A DNA stretch of 62,508 nucleotides, filler included, from Chrysochromulina tobinii (taxonomy: Eukaryota): NCBI GenBank assembly GCA_001275005.1. It is 4 parts of 4 records of this genome, joined end to end, with 100 filler letters (N's around TTAATTAATTAA, not from the genome) between each part and the next. Parts side by side here need not be neighbours in the genome. Positions count along the whole stretch, not along the records: positions 32,850 to 56,561 come from JWZX01001071.1; 3 more parts are not named here. One strand, written 5' to 3'. Both the position numbers and the translations under genes were made by a program. The notes beneath the pieces were generated by a model, which worked only from the letters and a program-made list of their open reading frames with translations, did not search any database and was not told where the DNA came from. Positions 32,939 through 45,743 of the stretch are shown here, piece by piece. Within the stretch, counting starts at the first letter, position 1. Every line of letters starts with the position of its first letter.

Positions 32939-35900
32939 TTGTTATGGGGCGCCGGGAGCTCGCCCGACACGACGCGAGGCTTTGTCCGTCACGGCTGGCG
33001 CACCTACTGCAACTATGGGCTCGATCCGAATGCAACGGCTGGCGAGCCACTCCGGCTCATATCCCAGCCGTACTGCAGTGACGCCCCCACTGAATTCAGC
33101 TTCGACACCTCGCGCGCCCCCGCCCCCTTCAAAATGCCACGTGCCTCCAATACCACGGGGCACGCGTCCACATTGGGCGGGCTGGCTGACGTGGTGGCCA
33201 TCGAGGAGTGCTACGACCTCAACTGCATGCGCTGCCTGAGTTTCTTCCACGAGTGTGCAGAGGCATCGAGGGTAGCCCAGGAAGGGCTCGCAGGCGGCGG
33301 CATCAGTGCCTCCAGCGCGAAGGGCCTCGGCTACATGGTTGTGGTCTCCCTCTTCTCGGTGGTGATCTACTACTTGCTGCACTACTTTGCCATCTCTGGG
33401 ATCGGAATGCCGTGCACCACTAGTGCCGGTGAGCGCGCCTTGATGATCCAAATGATCTTCACGCTAGCCTCGTTCGTGCTCTTCGTCGTCTTCTATGTCA
33501 ACTCGGGCTTCCTGTATTACAAGGTTCGCAACCCGTTTGGGACCCTCAGCTTCGCCCTCTACGCCGTCGCCGAGATGTTCGGGCTGCTCTTGTCGTACGG
33601 CTTCTTCCTGGTCTTCATCGGTTTCGTCTTCACACCGCTCTTGATGAACTGGCTATTCCGGCTCCTCGGCCGGCTCGCGCTGCGGGCGCAGCAGTTCCCA
33701 AAGCAGCAGTTCATCAACGAGATGTACGAGGGCGCACTCTGGCTCCCGCACAAGGTGCTCTCCTACTCGAGCTTGAGAAGCCTTGATTGCGTCTGATTGC
33801 GTCCCTCATCAGGTGTCCCTCGAGCTTGAGAAGCCTTGATTGCGCCTGATTGCGTCCCTCATCAGGTGCTCTCATACTCGAGCTTCGGCGTGCTCCTAGG
33901 CACGATGCTCTCGACGACCATGCCCATCACCCTCGGCATGGTCTCCGCCTCGTGCTTCCTCCGCTACGCCATCGACCGCGGCTTCTTTCTGCTCCGCGTC
34001 TACCAAAGGCCCGACCCCATCGACGGCACGCTCGTCAAGTTCTGCGTCCGCCTCTTGCCCATCGGCCTCGTCGCTAAGGTCTGCGCCATGTACCTCCACT
34101 ACGCCGGCTCGCCCGCTCGCAGCTTCCCCATCGATATCCTTCTCGGGCTCACGGTCGGCTACGCGGCCATCTTTTTCGTCGTCGGCACCGACCTCGCTTT
34201 CTGGGCCTCGACTCTGGGCCTTGCACAAGCGCCGTCGCGCGACATTGCCAACTTCTTCACGCACCAGGCCCTCGTGCGCAGCGGCTTGGTCGACTCGTAC
34301 GATCCGCTCCGAAAGGACGAGGCCCAGAAGCTCGAGGACCGCAAGGCCGCAAAGCTCTCTGCGAGCGAACCCGAGCGTGGGACGCGCACGGACCGTGCCG
34401 CTATGGCGGCAGCCGCGGCGGCTCGGCAAGGCTCAAGCGAGGGCCTCTCCGCCCCCCAGTGGCACCAGTGGCCCGCCGCCCGCGCTGAAGAGCCTCTCTC
34501 GACGTGGGACACTCTCCGTAGTCGACTCACTACCCAGTCTCTCCGCCGCTCCCTTGCCGGCTTCTCCTCCGGCGCTGACGCGGACACGGACGTCCCACCA
34601 CCGCCCGCCCTTGCCGCCGACGCGCCGCCGTCGAGGACAGCGCCGCCGCGACGCTCGTCAGTCGCCGGCGCTGACCTCTCACGGGCCCCAAGCGATGCCG
34701 AGTGGGCGGCGCCACCGTCGAAGAGGCTGGGGTCGTCGATGTCCGGCGCAGATCGCTTCAAAAGGACCATTGATGCCGTGCTGAAGCTTGACGCGAAGAT
34801 TGGCACGACGGAGGAGGCGATGCACCGCGCGTCCACCAAGGCTAGCAGCGGTGCTTCTCGTCGCAAGCGCACGGGCGACTCGTGGCGGCCAGTCGTCTGG
34901 CGCAACCCCAGCACGCTGCCAGTCGTGTGCATGTGCCCCAATTCTTGCGAGCCGGCGCACGTGCGTACGACTGACCTTTGGACGGAGCACACGTCGGCTC
35001 GATTTGGGACGGCGCGCTGGTGCCGCGCCTCGCGCCTCGGCGGCGCGACCGAGGTGCACACCTTTGGCAGCTGGGTTGAGCTGCGCCTGTGGATGGAGAC
35101 GAATCTGCGCACGCTCATCTCCGATCGTACGAGCCCATCGGCCATCGGGCAGAGCGGGGAGGTCGCCGTTGGCAGCATCGGGTCAGCCCTTGCGGTCGAC
35201 GGCAGCGGCGCGAGCGCGCTGTACGTGTTCACGGGGATGCCGGTGACGCTGCTTGCACCAAGCGAGCACACGGCGCAATGGATGCTCACAGTCTCGCGCG
35301 ACCGTGGCGAGTTCCCCAACCTGCAATGGAAGGTCCTCGTGGCGACAGAGCGTAACGACTTTGACCACCTGCTCCGTCTGCACGGCTGCACCGACGAGCG
35401 GATCGCGGCGCAAGCCATCGAGGGTCGGACCGACGCTGAGCTGCGCCGCGAGCGCGACGCCGACGGCGCGGTGATCTGGCAGGTGCAGTGCATGGCCGCA
35501 GAGCTAATGCACGGCGGCGAGGGCCATGCCAGCGTACGGACGCGATGGGTTGCAGTGCTACGCGCGGGCGGCTGCCCCACAAAGATTGGATCGAGCTTCA
35601 CCAACGTCGCACAGCGTGTGGACTGGGGCCACCCGAGCCACGCGCACGCCGACGCCGACCTCGCCGCCCGCCTCGCCGGCGCGTACCACCTCGTCGCGCT
35701 CGCCGGCACGGAGCACAAGTGCAATTTCCACGTGATGGCGTCGCTCCGGAAAGGCTCCGATTGGTCTGAGCAGTTCGTGTACGCGGCGCCGTTTTGGCCC
35801 GCGGCGTACCTCGCGTCGCGGCAGGCGCCAAAGGACATGCTCCTTTCGCTCATCGCCTACTGCAATCACAGCTGGACGCTCGTCTTCACGCACGCGACCA

Positions 35901-38318
35901 CCGCAGCCGCGCTCGGGCAAGAGGAAGAGGATGAAGAGGAGGACGGTCGTCTCAGCGATGCCGCCGTGAGCCAGATGTCTTCATTCGGGGCGGCGGCGTC
36001 GGTCTTCCTGAGAGGATTCGGCTTCTCGAAGAAATCGGGCATCACGCCGAGCATGTCGTACGACAAGGCCTTTAGTGTGCTGGATAAGGACGGCAGCGGT
36101 AGTATCTCCGTCAGCGAGCTCAAGGCGGCGCTCGTCAAGGAGGGCAGTTCGGACGTGCTGGAGGCAGAGATCCAGAGCCTCATAGACCAGGTCGATGTCA
36201 GTGGCGACGGCGAGCTGCAGCTCGATGAGTTCGAGACGTTCTGGGACCTCTTCAAGGCCAACTGCGAGGAGGCGGCGGCAGGCAAGCCGCCCACGCCTGG
36301 CCGCTTGAAGCCCAAGCCCAAGCCCAAGCCCAAGGCCAATCCCAACGCCGTGCCGCCCGTTCGCCAGAAGGTACTCGTGCAGCCCACGTGGCCGGCATCG
36401 GAGGTCGGTGCACTCGTCTCCAAAGGTTACACGATCACCACGGCGGCCTGTGGCCCAGGCGACGCCGCGATGAGTCGCGTCGTCGTGGTCGTTCTCACCA
36501 AGTCGCCGTCCACCATCAGCCCGCGCTTGCTCGGCACATTCGGCTCCAACGAGCAGATCGTCGACACTTGGCGCTCGAACGAGACCCCAAATCACCGCAA
36601 TTGGGCCGCTGCGGGGGGTGTCACCATCCGCGCGTCACAGACCGCCGCCGAGACGGACGATGATGTGAGGCTCGTGCGGGGGGCCAAGCTGCCCCCCTGG
36701 CTACACCGCAACGTGCGCTGTGCCCCCCCCCCGAGTGCCTGACCTGCGCCTCCCCCCCTCCCGAATGCCTGTGCCCCCCTATACCGACGCGTGGCAGCGT
36801 GCAGCTGCCAGTGCAGGGCCGCCGCTGCGGCTGCCGATGCCGCCGATTCCGCTGCTGCCGTTGCCGCTGCGTACAATCAAGCCTGCATTGACACGCGCCC
36901 GTTGTTTTGCCGTGTACACTCAGGAGCCCCCCGGCGCGACCCAATTCGCCATCGTGAACGTGCTCGATCCCGACCTTGCGTCCTTTTGGAGCTCTGGCGA
37001 GCTCCTCGAGCCGGGCGAGCCGGTCACCATTACCATCGATCTCGGGGTCACGCGCAAAGTCGACTCCGTGATGGTACTGTGGGGAGATGTCGAGCCGTTA
37101 CCGATGCCCAAGGCGTGGGAGCTCGTCGGAGGCACTGGCGGCAGCGTGTGGGACGGCCCAGACGACCCCCACACGCTCAATCCTGAGGAGCTCGGCCTGA
37201 ACCTTCCAACGAAGACGCCCGGGGTCTTCCAGAGCAAGATGCATGCGCACGTCGCAGGCGTGAGTCACAGCCTCGTCACGCTCACCTCCCCCAAGGATCT
37301 CCGCGTGCTCCAGCTCCGCCTGGTCACACCGCAGCCTAAGCATGAGGGGGGCGGCCGTCACGGCTTCTCCATACGTCGGATACTCGTGCTTGGCCCTTGG
37401 ACCGAAGCGGCGAGCAAGGCGGCGAGGCCTGTGGCGAGCGAGGAGGCCCCTACCGAGTTGCGCATCGATGGCGATATGCCCATCGGCTTGACGCAGCAGG
37501 AGGTGATCATGCTCGAGCAGCTCAAGCTCAACGTGGAGAGCAACGTGCCAAAGCGTAGCAATTGGTCGAAGCTCGCAGGCAGCGTACTTGGAGACTCGGC
37601 GTCTGGGCAGGGCGAGCAGCTCGACATGCGCTCTCAGCCTGACTTGGCGAGTGGTGTGGCCGGCGATAGCCTTGCGACCCAGATGGCATCCGAGCTGCTC
37701 ATCGATGGTGACTTACCCATCGGATTGACGCCGGACGAAGCGCGTGAGCTCGAGCAGCTCACGCAGCTATCCGAGCTACGCATTGATGGCGACCTACCGA
37801 TCGGCTTGACGCCGGAGGAAGCGCGTGAGCTCGAGCAGCTAAAAGCGAGCACTTTGCCGGCCTCGGCCTCGCCGCCGCCGCGCACGCGCGGATCGAGCGG
37901 AGCCAATCAACTGGCAATCAAGGGAGATCAAGGGAGATCGAGCGGAGCCAAGCACCCATGTGCCAGCGTTCACACCCGCAGCGTTCACACCAAGAACCCG
38001 TTTGCCAAGCCCCTCGCCGCGGCCACGGCACCTGCTCGGAAGGAGACGGTCGAGGAGATCGCCGCGCGCATGATGGCGGACATCGATGACATAGCTTCGA
38101 CATCGAGGGAGGCGCGCGGACGGTCGAGATCATTCGATGATGATGCTCCGCCGAAAGTGGTTGGGCAGCGCGACGGCCAACCTTCGCCCAGAGGGTTGGC
38201 GCCAAGTGTGGAGCGAAGGTCGCCGACCGCGCGAGCATCGAAGGAAAGGCGAACGCGCGATGAGCTGTTCAAGAGTGCGCGCGAACAGCTAGAGGAGGAG
38301 GCCGACTTCAGGATCTGA
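32939..38318 (+). CDS. 5'-partial multi-TM (TMC/OSCA-like) protein with EF-hand pair and discoidin/F5-8C-like domain; intron 33755-33865; frameshift at C10 run 36723-36732
   Basis: TM helices; RYAIDRGFFLLRVYQRP; EF loops DKDGSGSISVSE and DVSGDGELQLDE; FWSSG..ITIDLG..VDSVMVLW; three ELRIDGDLPIGLT repeats. Confidence 0.7.
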
Positions 38319-39100
38319 TTCGATCCGATTCCGCGTGGTTCGATCTCAGTTCCGATCTCGCCGAAAAGAGTGCGTTCCAGTGTGACTTCTTGCCGTTCTT
38401 GGCGCGTCGGTGGCCTGCATTCGAGACTCCTATTGGCAACACGATGCGAGAGGCCCAGGCTCCATCTAACCACCGCTCTATGGAAACTCCTGCGCCAGCT
38501 GACCAGCGTCATCCTTAAAGCATGAGCATCGCACGCAATCAGAAGCACCTCTCGATCCCCCCAAATCTCAGAATTCATCATTCGACCTCGTCACATCCAG
38601 ACTCATGTTGCATTACTGCACTGTAGGGTAGTTTTGGTAGCTTATTCCGTTAAACGCACCACTCACCCGACCGGCGCGGATCCGTTCGCGGTTTGGGAAG
38701 TGTGTTTCGATCAAAAATCTCTCGTCTATCCCGAACCGCCTGACGTGAGGTCAGAGGTGTTGAGATGTGATAAGAACCTCCTGCTGGCCTCCTGCTCGAT
38801 AGGAAATACCAGGAAAACAACGTACGGTACAGAACAGGATCACAGGACAAAGCGCCCCTGCTTCTCTTCCGGCCCACCGGCCACCTCTTTCTCCTGAGTC
38901 CGACGTTCGCGGACACCGAACGTCACCGCGCTCACGCATGGGAACTTCATCATGCAGGGTACAACGCTTCATCATTCAGTACGCTTCATCATTCATGGTA
39001 CGCTTCATCATGCACGGGAACGCCTCCTCCCCCCCTTGTTAGGCGGACGTCAGCTTGCTCTCTTCGACCTCGCGTCCTATTGGGCGTCCTAATGGGCGTC

Positions 39101-42100
39101 CTAATGGGCATCCTGTTCCATGTACATGAGCTGCACCGTATCGTCGCCGCTCTGCATGCCGTTTTCCTCGACGGCAGGGCCTGTCCCATGGAGTTGCTGC
39201 TCGCCCTCAACCAACTCCTCTGCCAGCTCCTCTGCCAGCACTGCCTCCTCCTGTGCGTCTTCCGCCCCGCCGTCCGCGTCCTCGTCGTCCTTGTCGTCGC
39301 TGACACCCTCCTCCTCGTCGTCCTCGTCGTCGCTGACGCCCTCCTCCTCGTCGTCCTCGTCGTCGCTGACGCCCTCCACCTGGTCGTCCTCGAGAGCGTT
39401 CTCAGCGTCTCCCTCGCTGTCCTCGGTCGGCGGCCCTGAGTGCTGCGATAGCCGAGCTGCCTCTGCCTCGTACAGGGCCTCGCCCACCTCTTCCTCCTCG
39501 TCCTCGCTCTCGCCCTCGTCGTCTTCCATCCCCTCGTCGTCATCGTCCTCCGCCACAAAGATGCACGCCCTCGCGCGCGCACAAGGCGCCTCCCTTGAGC
39601 TCGAGCCCACCTCACTCGTCGCCGCCTCGACCGCACCACCCTTCGCCACCTCATCAACCTCATCAGGCGTCGGCATGCCCGCAGCGAACGCGCCAGTGGC
39701 ATCCCGGCCGCGGCGGGCGTAGTACGCGACACGCCGTGCGCTCTTCTTCTTCTTCGCGAGGGTCAGCTGCACGCTCTCGAGGGCAGGCATGCGCACAAGC
39801 ACGGCCTCCGGGTCGTGCGCGGCCTGCGCGTCATCGATCGTGCCCTCTTCGATGAGATTCTGGATGAGGCTGTCGATGCGTACATCACGCTTGAACGCGC
39901 GCCGCGTGTGCGTGTGGAACTTGCACTCAGGGCAATCATGCCGGCCCACGCGTAACCACTTCTCAACGCACTCTTGGCAGAAGCGATGCATGCAAGGCGC
40001 GACCACGGTGCGCTCGAGCACCTGCAAGCACACGGCGCAGTGCAGGAAGTGCAGCAGACCCCCGACAGAGCCGCTCACGCGCACCTGCTGCGTCACGTCC
40101 TCTTCGCCCTCAAGCTCGAGCTCGGGGCGCAAAAGCATGCGTGGTCGGCCGGGCAGCCCACGGCTCACAGTCTGGCTGCGCCCACGTCCACGCCCACGCC
40201 CACGTGCTCGCCCGCGCCCGCGTCCCTGAACCGTGGCTGCGGCTGCCGCTGCCACGAAAGTGGCCTCCTCGGTGAGCACCTTTGCGTCGCTGCTGCTGCC
40301 CGCCTCACTTTCGGCGGCGTCGGCGCCGTCTCTGCCGCTCTCGCCGCCGCCTCCAGCGTCGGCGCCGTCTCTGCCGCTCTCGCCGCCACCTCCAGCGCTC
40401 TCGCTGCCAGTGTCGTCGGCCGCCTCACCGCTCGAGCCGCGGTGCTCACCGCGGCGGCGCTGCACGAGGGAGTGACGAGAGGCCGCCTGCAGCGCCTGCC
40501 GCTCGAGCTGGAGTAGCTTCTGCTTACGTCTCCAGATCGTCGAGCGATGCAGACCGAGGGCCTCAGCCTCGAGCACGTCCTCCGACGTCGGGCGCCGCTT
40601 GCCGTAACGGCCTCGACGACGGCCGAGCTGCCCGCTGCCCCGCGCATTCCTGGGCGACCAAGACCCGTCCTCGACTGCATCGCCCTCGACGGCGCCCTCG
40701 TCCTCCTCGTCCTCCTCGTCCTCTCGTCCTGAGGAGCCCGCCGAGCCCTCGAAGGCACCTTCGAGCTCGTCTTCGGCGAACGCGGCTGGCTGGAGTCGTC
40801 GGCCGCGGGCCGCGCGCCTCGGCGCCTCCGCGGCCGCGATCGCACGCGCCTCTGAACGCCCCGCCCCTTGGCTCGAGGCCGCTTGTGCGGCGGCGATCTG
40901 GCGGTCGGAGGTTGGCATCCCCGCGAGCACGTACTCGAGGGCACATTCGGGGCACATGCCCATCTGGAGCTGCACGTCTGCCGAGGGCATGCCACATCGC
41001 CTGCACGTCGGGCCGCAGAAGGCCGACTGTGACGTGCGCCGGCGCTTGGGTGGAGGCGCCGTAGCTGCTGTTGCACCCTGATCCTCCCTCGTGGCCGCTG
41101 GCGTCGGCGCCGCTGATGCCACCGGTGCAACCGTCGGAGGTGCGTACTTGGGCTTGAGCGAACCCAAAGGCTTAGCCTGCGGCTGTGACGAACCCAAAGG
41201 CTTAGCCTGCGGCTGTGACGAGCCCATAGGCTTAGCCTGCGGCTGTGACGAACCCATAGGCTTGGCCTGCGGCTGTGACGAACCCATAGGCTTGGCCTGC
41301 GGCTGTGACGAACCCATAGGCTTGGCCTGCGGCTGTGACGAACCCAGAGGCTTGGCCTGCGGCTGTGACGAACCCAGAGGCTTGACCTGCGGCTGTGACG
41401 AACCCGAAGGCTTGGCCTGCGGCTGTGACGAACCCATAGGCTTGGCCTGCGGCTGTGGTGGGGTGCTGCTATGGCTCGGCTCGAGGCCCACACTCAGGAA
41501 GGCGGCAATGGCCTTCCTGGACGATGGGCGAGGCTTGGCTGCCGCAGAGCCGCGAGCGGCGGCAGCGCCAGCCGTCGACGGTAGATGCGGAAGCTTGCCT
41601 GTTCTCGCCACCTGCGAGGTGGGGTGTGCTGGCTTGCTGGCCGCCTTGCCGTCTTCCGCCGCGTTACCTTCGCACGAGGCAGCGGCCTCCACTGCCGCGG
41701 AAGTGGCAGTGCTTGTGGCATCACCTGACACTGCCGCCATCGCTGCGTTTGCGGCATTTGCGGCGGCGGCGGCAGCGACGGCTGCGCCGGCGGCGGCAGC
41801 CGCGTTCGTAGACACTGTGGGCGGATCACCGTCTTCGTTACAGGGCAGAAGCAATGGGTGCCCTTGGTGGCGCACAGCTGCTGAACGCGCATCCGAAGCT
41901 TCGGATGACGTGACGAGCATGTTGGCTGCAGCGACCAACTTCGAGCTCGCAGCCATGAGTGCGGCGGCCCTGGCAGCATTGCCGATCGTCGGGTGCTTGA
42001 CCGCCTTTGTCGCCGCCTTTGCTGCCGAAACCGCCGCCTTGACGGCCTTTTCATCGCGTGTGGACATCGACGCGGCCTTCGCTGGCTTCCGTGGCGCCGG

Positions 42101-45100
42101 TGCGCTCGAGGGCGATGTAATCCGCTCGACCCCACGCTCCAGGGCGACCAGATCGAGTACGTCGGCGGGCGGCGGCGCGCGTTCGGTGAGCTGCGGCGGC
42201 GTGTACTGCTCGATGGGGGCGATGGGGGTGTTCACGAAGTCATGACTGGCTGGGTCCGGCGCAGGGATGGTCATCTTTGGTGGTCCGGTGCTGTCGAGCT
42301 GCTCGATGGGCACGATGGTGGAGCAGAGGCCATGCGGCGCCGCGGTGGCAAGCGTGAACGGAAGGCACGCATGGCCACCCCCCTCCATCTGCACCACCGC
42401 GCGCAGCAGGCTGCCGTCGATCATCGCCATCATGGACTGTGCTCCAATGGATGAAGGGGCCACCATCCCCCCGCTCTCATGCTCGGGGGCAGCGGGCGCC
42501 GCACTGTGACTGAGCGCGTGGGGCGTGAGCCAGTTGATCGGGATGCACATGTGCTGCGTGCCATACGTGCCGCCCATGGCGCCGCCCATGGCGCCGCCCA
42601 TGGCGCCGCCCGTCTGGCCGCCCATGGCGCCGCCCATGGCGCCGCCCGGCAGGCCGCCCATCTGGCCGCAGCCTATCTGGCCGCTGCCCATCGCGCCGCC
42701 CATCGCGCAGCCGAGCGAGCGCAGATGCTGCTGCACCTCCTCTGACGTTGGCAAGCGGCCACAATTCGCGTCGAAGTTCCACATGAACTTGTGCTGCTGC
42801 TCGGTCCCCTTCGAGGCCCCCTTGGACTTGTCATCCTCCCCCCTGATGGCTGCCTCGGGCACATTGGTACTCGGAGGACGTGGCTTGCGCGGCTTAGGCT
42901 TGGCGGGTAGCGGCTTGCCCTGGCTCGCGGCAAGTTTAGCTTGGAGGCTCTGATTGCTCGCATGGATCGCCTCCGTCATTGCCAGCGTGACGAGGGGCGT
43001 GCCAATGCACAGTCCGTCCATCGCCACCGGCACCGGCTTCGCGCGGCTCGAATTGGCATTGCGCGCGGGCTCGGCAGAGGCGCCTCCAGTAAGAACTGCC
43101 GCCGCCCTCGCCTTGCCGACCGCCATGCTCGCCTCCGCCATGGCCGTGTTGATCTCGATCAGGCTCGGGGGCGGTCCTGATGTTGCGGCGGGCACGACGG
43201 GCGCGGCAAGTGGCTCGCCGCTGGCTTCGGTGGACGCTGGCGAGCCCACTGGCATGGATTGCAGCGCCTGCAGCTTCGAAGGGGTACCCGCCTCCTCCTC
43301 TGCGTAAGGGAGAGAGAGCATCGAGGACACCTTGAAGTCGTTGGCGACCTTGTCCAGGCTGCGCTTGGTCGGATTGGCACGGAACTCGAGTGAGCGGAAG
43401 AGGTAGCGACGGTCAAGCGGCACACGTTTCTCACAGTAGTACATAAGCACGTAGGCGGGCGGGAGCGGCCGCGCGCGGCGCGCCCGTGGGAATGCCCATA
43501 CGAGCGGTAGCGGCCCATTCTGTTCCACTGCATCCGTGAGCTCGGTGGGCGGCTCACGGTTGGAGAAATTCTCGACCATCTGGAGCTCCTGCGTGGACGT
43601 CACGCGCAGCGATGCCCACGCCTTGATGGGGCCCACATGAGCCATCTTCTTGTTGACGCACTTTTGCCGCTTGGTTCCCTTGCCGCCGAAACGTGGCTTG
43701 TCCAGGCAGTAGAGGCACGCGCCGCAGTCGTGGATCTCGAGGGCTACGGGCTTGTTGTCGGGTCCCTGTGATGCAAACACACGGTGGCACACAACGCGCG
43801 CACGCGCACGCGACGGCCATCAGCCTTCAGGAGAGTCCGGTGATGGGGGAGCACTCACTCACACGGACATCGGGAAGAGAGAGAGGCGATCCATGCTGAG
43901 GGCCTTGCATACTTCGTGGCATACGGTCAAGGTGAGCTTCACCCACAGCTCGCTGGGGCCCTCCCGGGTGGCCTCGAGCTCAGCAGGGGTCGCGGTGACG
44001 CAGACAATGTTCATGTCGTGCTCTGGGTCGGCGAAGGCCGCGACGATTGGGCCCGGCTCCGAGTTCAGAGTGTCGGAGCGGATATCGGTAGTGCTCACCA
44101 CAACCGTCTCCGAAATGACCATCGCTGCGGGTACCGGCTGCACAGGCTTGAGCATGTTGAGCATGCCGGCCGACCTGCGCAAGAAGAGAGCGTTGTGAAA
44201 CGATGCACATCAGGCACACAAGGGGATGCCTCCGAGAGAGGAGGGGAGAGAGCGGGGTCGATGGCGTGCGGGCTCGAGTGTCTCGACAGCTAGCATACAC
44301 GGGCCCAGTGCTCTGCGTCAGGCCGCGTGGGGCCATCCCTCGGGCCTTGTACATAGGCCTCTTGGAGGGGGGTTGGTCATAGGAAGTGCTCGCCGCCTGT
44401 GCAGCCCTTATGGCAGCAGCTTGGACCTGCGCCGCCGCCTGCTCCTGCGCAAGAGGGCCGTTAGCTCCGCGCTTGGGGTTGGAAGGCAGCACCAATGGCC
44501 GATTGCCCAGAGGCCCGTGGCTCACGGGCGTCGAGTTGCCAGCAGCAGGAGCAGCAGCAGCGAGACCAATGCGCCCATCCACGCGCCCATCTGAGGTGGC
44601 AGTGCCACTCAGTGCTGCTGCCACGAGCACGACGGGGCGGGGGGGGACTGCTGGCAGAGTCATTGGGTCGACTTCCATGAGGGGCGTGACACCCGGCTCA
44701 GGCGCGATCTGGTCAGCAATCTGGCGCCCCTCTGTACCGTAGCCAAGCAATGAGGTGTCCGCCGAGAGCCAAGCCTGCTGCAATGACGTGGTAGCGCATG
44801 CCACGTGCTGTGCAACCGATTCAAGCCCGACGACGGAGGCGGCTGGAATGAGGATCGTGTGACACTGAAAACAAGCACGGGCGCGATACGCGACACAAGG
44901 GTATGCTGTCAGCATGCAGGGAGCAGGTAACGTGCATGACCTGGTCACGGGCTATGCTCGCTGGTACGTAGCCCGTGCTGACTCGGGGATGATGAGATGA
45001 GTGCCGTGCAAACGCACACCTGCTCTTCGTTGACGATCGCTCGGGTAAGGGGCTGAATGGTGACGACGTGCGTGTCCGGAAGTTTCGCAAAACAACCAGA

Positions 45101-45310
45101 CCCGCTGCTCGCCGCCGCCGGCAACTGTGCCCCTTGCGCATGTAGCTCGGCTGCCGACTCAACAGATGTGCCGTAAGCATCGGGAATCGCGGGGAGTGTG
45201 GGGCAACCTTCCATCGGATCGCTTGTTGATGGGGGTCGACTGGGCCCGTCCGCCGCTGGACTGGTGGTTTCCGCAAGCTCCATGGGCGTCGCCTCCAGAG
45301 CATCTGTCAT
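39101..45310 (-). CDS. Large chromatin protein with zf-CXXC and RING1/RNF2-like RING finger; introns 44865-45019, 44175-44298, 43766-43912
   Basis: DCGACLYCLDKPRFGGKGTKRQKC; CAVCLQVL...CMHRFCQECVEKWLRVGRHDCPEC...RRAFKRDVRIDSLI; all three GT-AG introns restore frame; acidic C-terminus. Confidence 0.8.
41158..41456. repeat. 30-bp coding minisatellite (SSQPQAKPMG) about 10 copies
   Basis: GAACCCATAGGCTTGGCCTGCGGCTGTGAC units head to tail, no spacers. Confidence 0.95.
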
Positions 45311-45743
45311 GATCAACCTGTTCGAGGCACAACGAAAAGCAACACGAGTCGAGCACCGACGTTTGATCGCACGCAGTGGCAACCAATAACAAGTTGCGCT
45401 GCGCAATCGCCCCGGCCAGAGGGCGTGGCGGTAGCGCGGCACGCATACAAGCCCGCAAGAGGGGTTTGTTCGCACCTAACCGTGACAAGCGTGCGTCGCG
45501 CTGCGCGCGCGTTGCGGTGCACAAAAGTCAGAGACCCAGATGCGTGACGCGGAGGTCACAATTTTGCAAAACTTGTTTTTTGACGTAATAGACGTTTGAC
45601 ATGCGGCGCTCACAAATCGCTTTTTTTTAAGGAATAGCGCGCCGACGGAGAAATGGGCATGAGATGTGCGCGATGGCAATTTTGGTTTCGTGCGGGAAGA
45701 GGTCACACGTCACGCACTCACTCACATTCACGCGTCACGATTC

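Noticed and set aside
34159..35853. Long antisense/alternate-frame ORFs (also 12647-13999, 22894-24333, 40165-41493)
   Set aside because: Shadows of real genes in high-GC DNA; Arg/Ala-rich with no domains
36723..36732. Programmed frameshift in the channel-like gene
   Set aside because: Falls in a C10 homopolymer; sequencing error is more likely (similar suspicion near 12340 and 15950-16010)
41158..41456. 30-bp repeats as a CRISPR array
   Set aside because: No unique spacers; in-frame coding minisatellite; no cas genes
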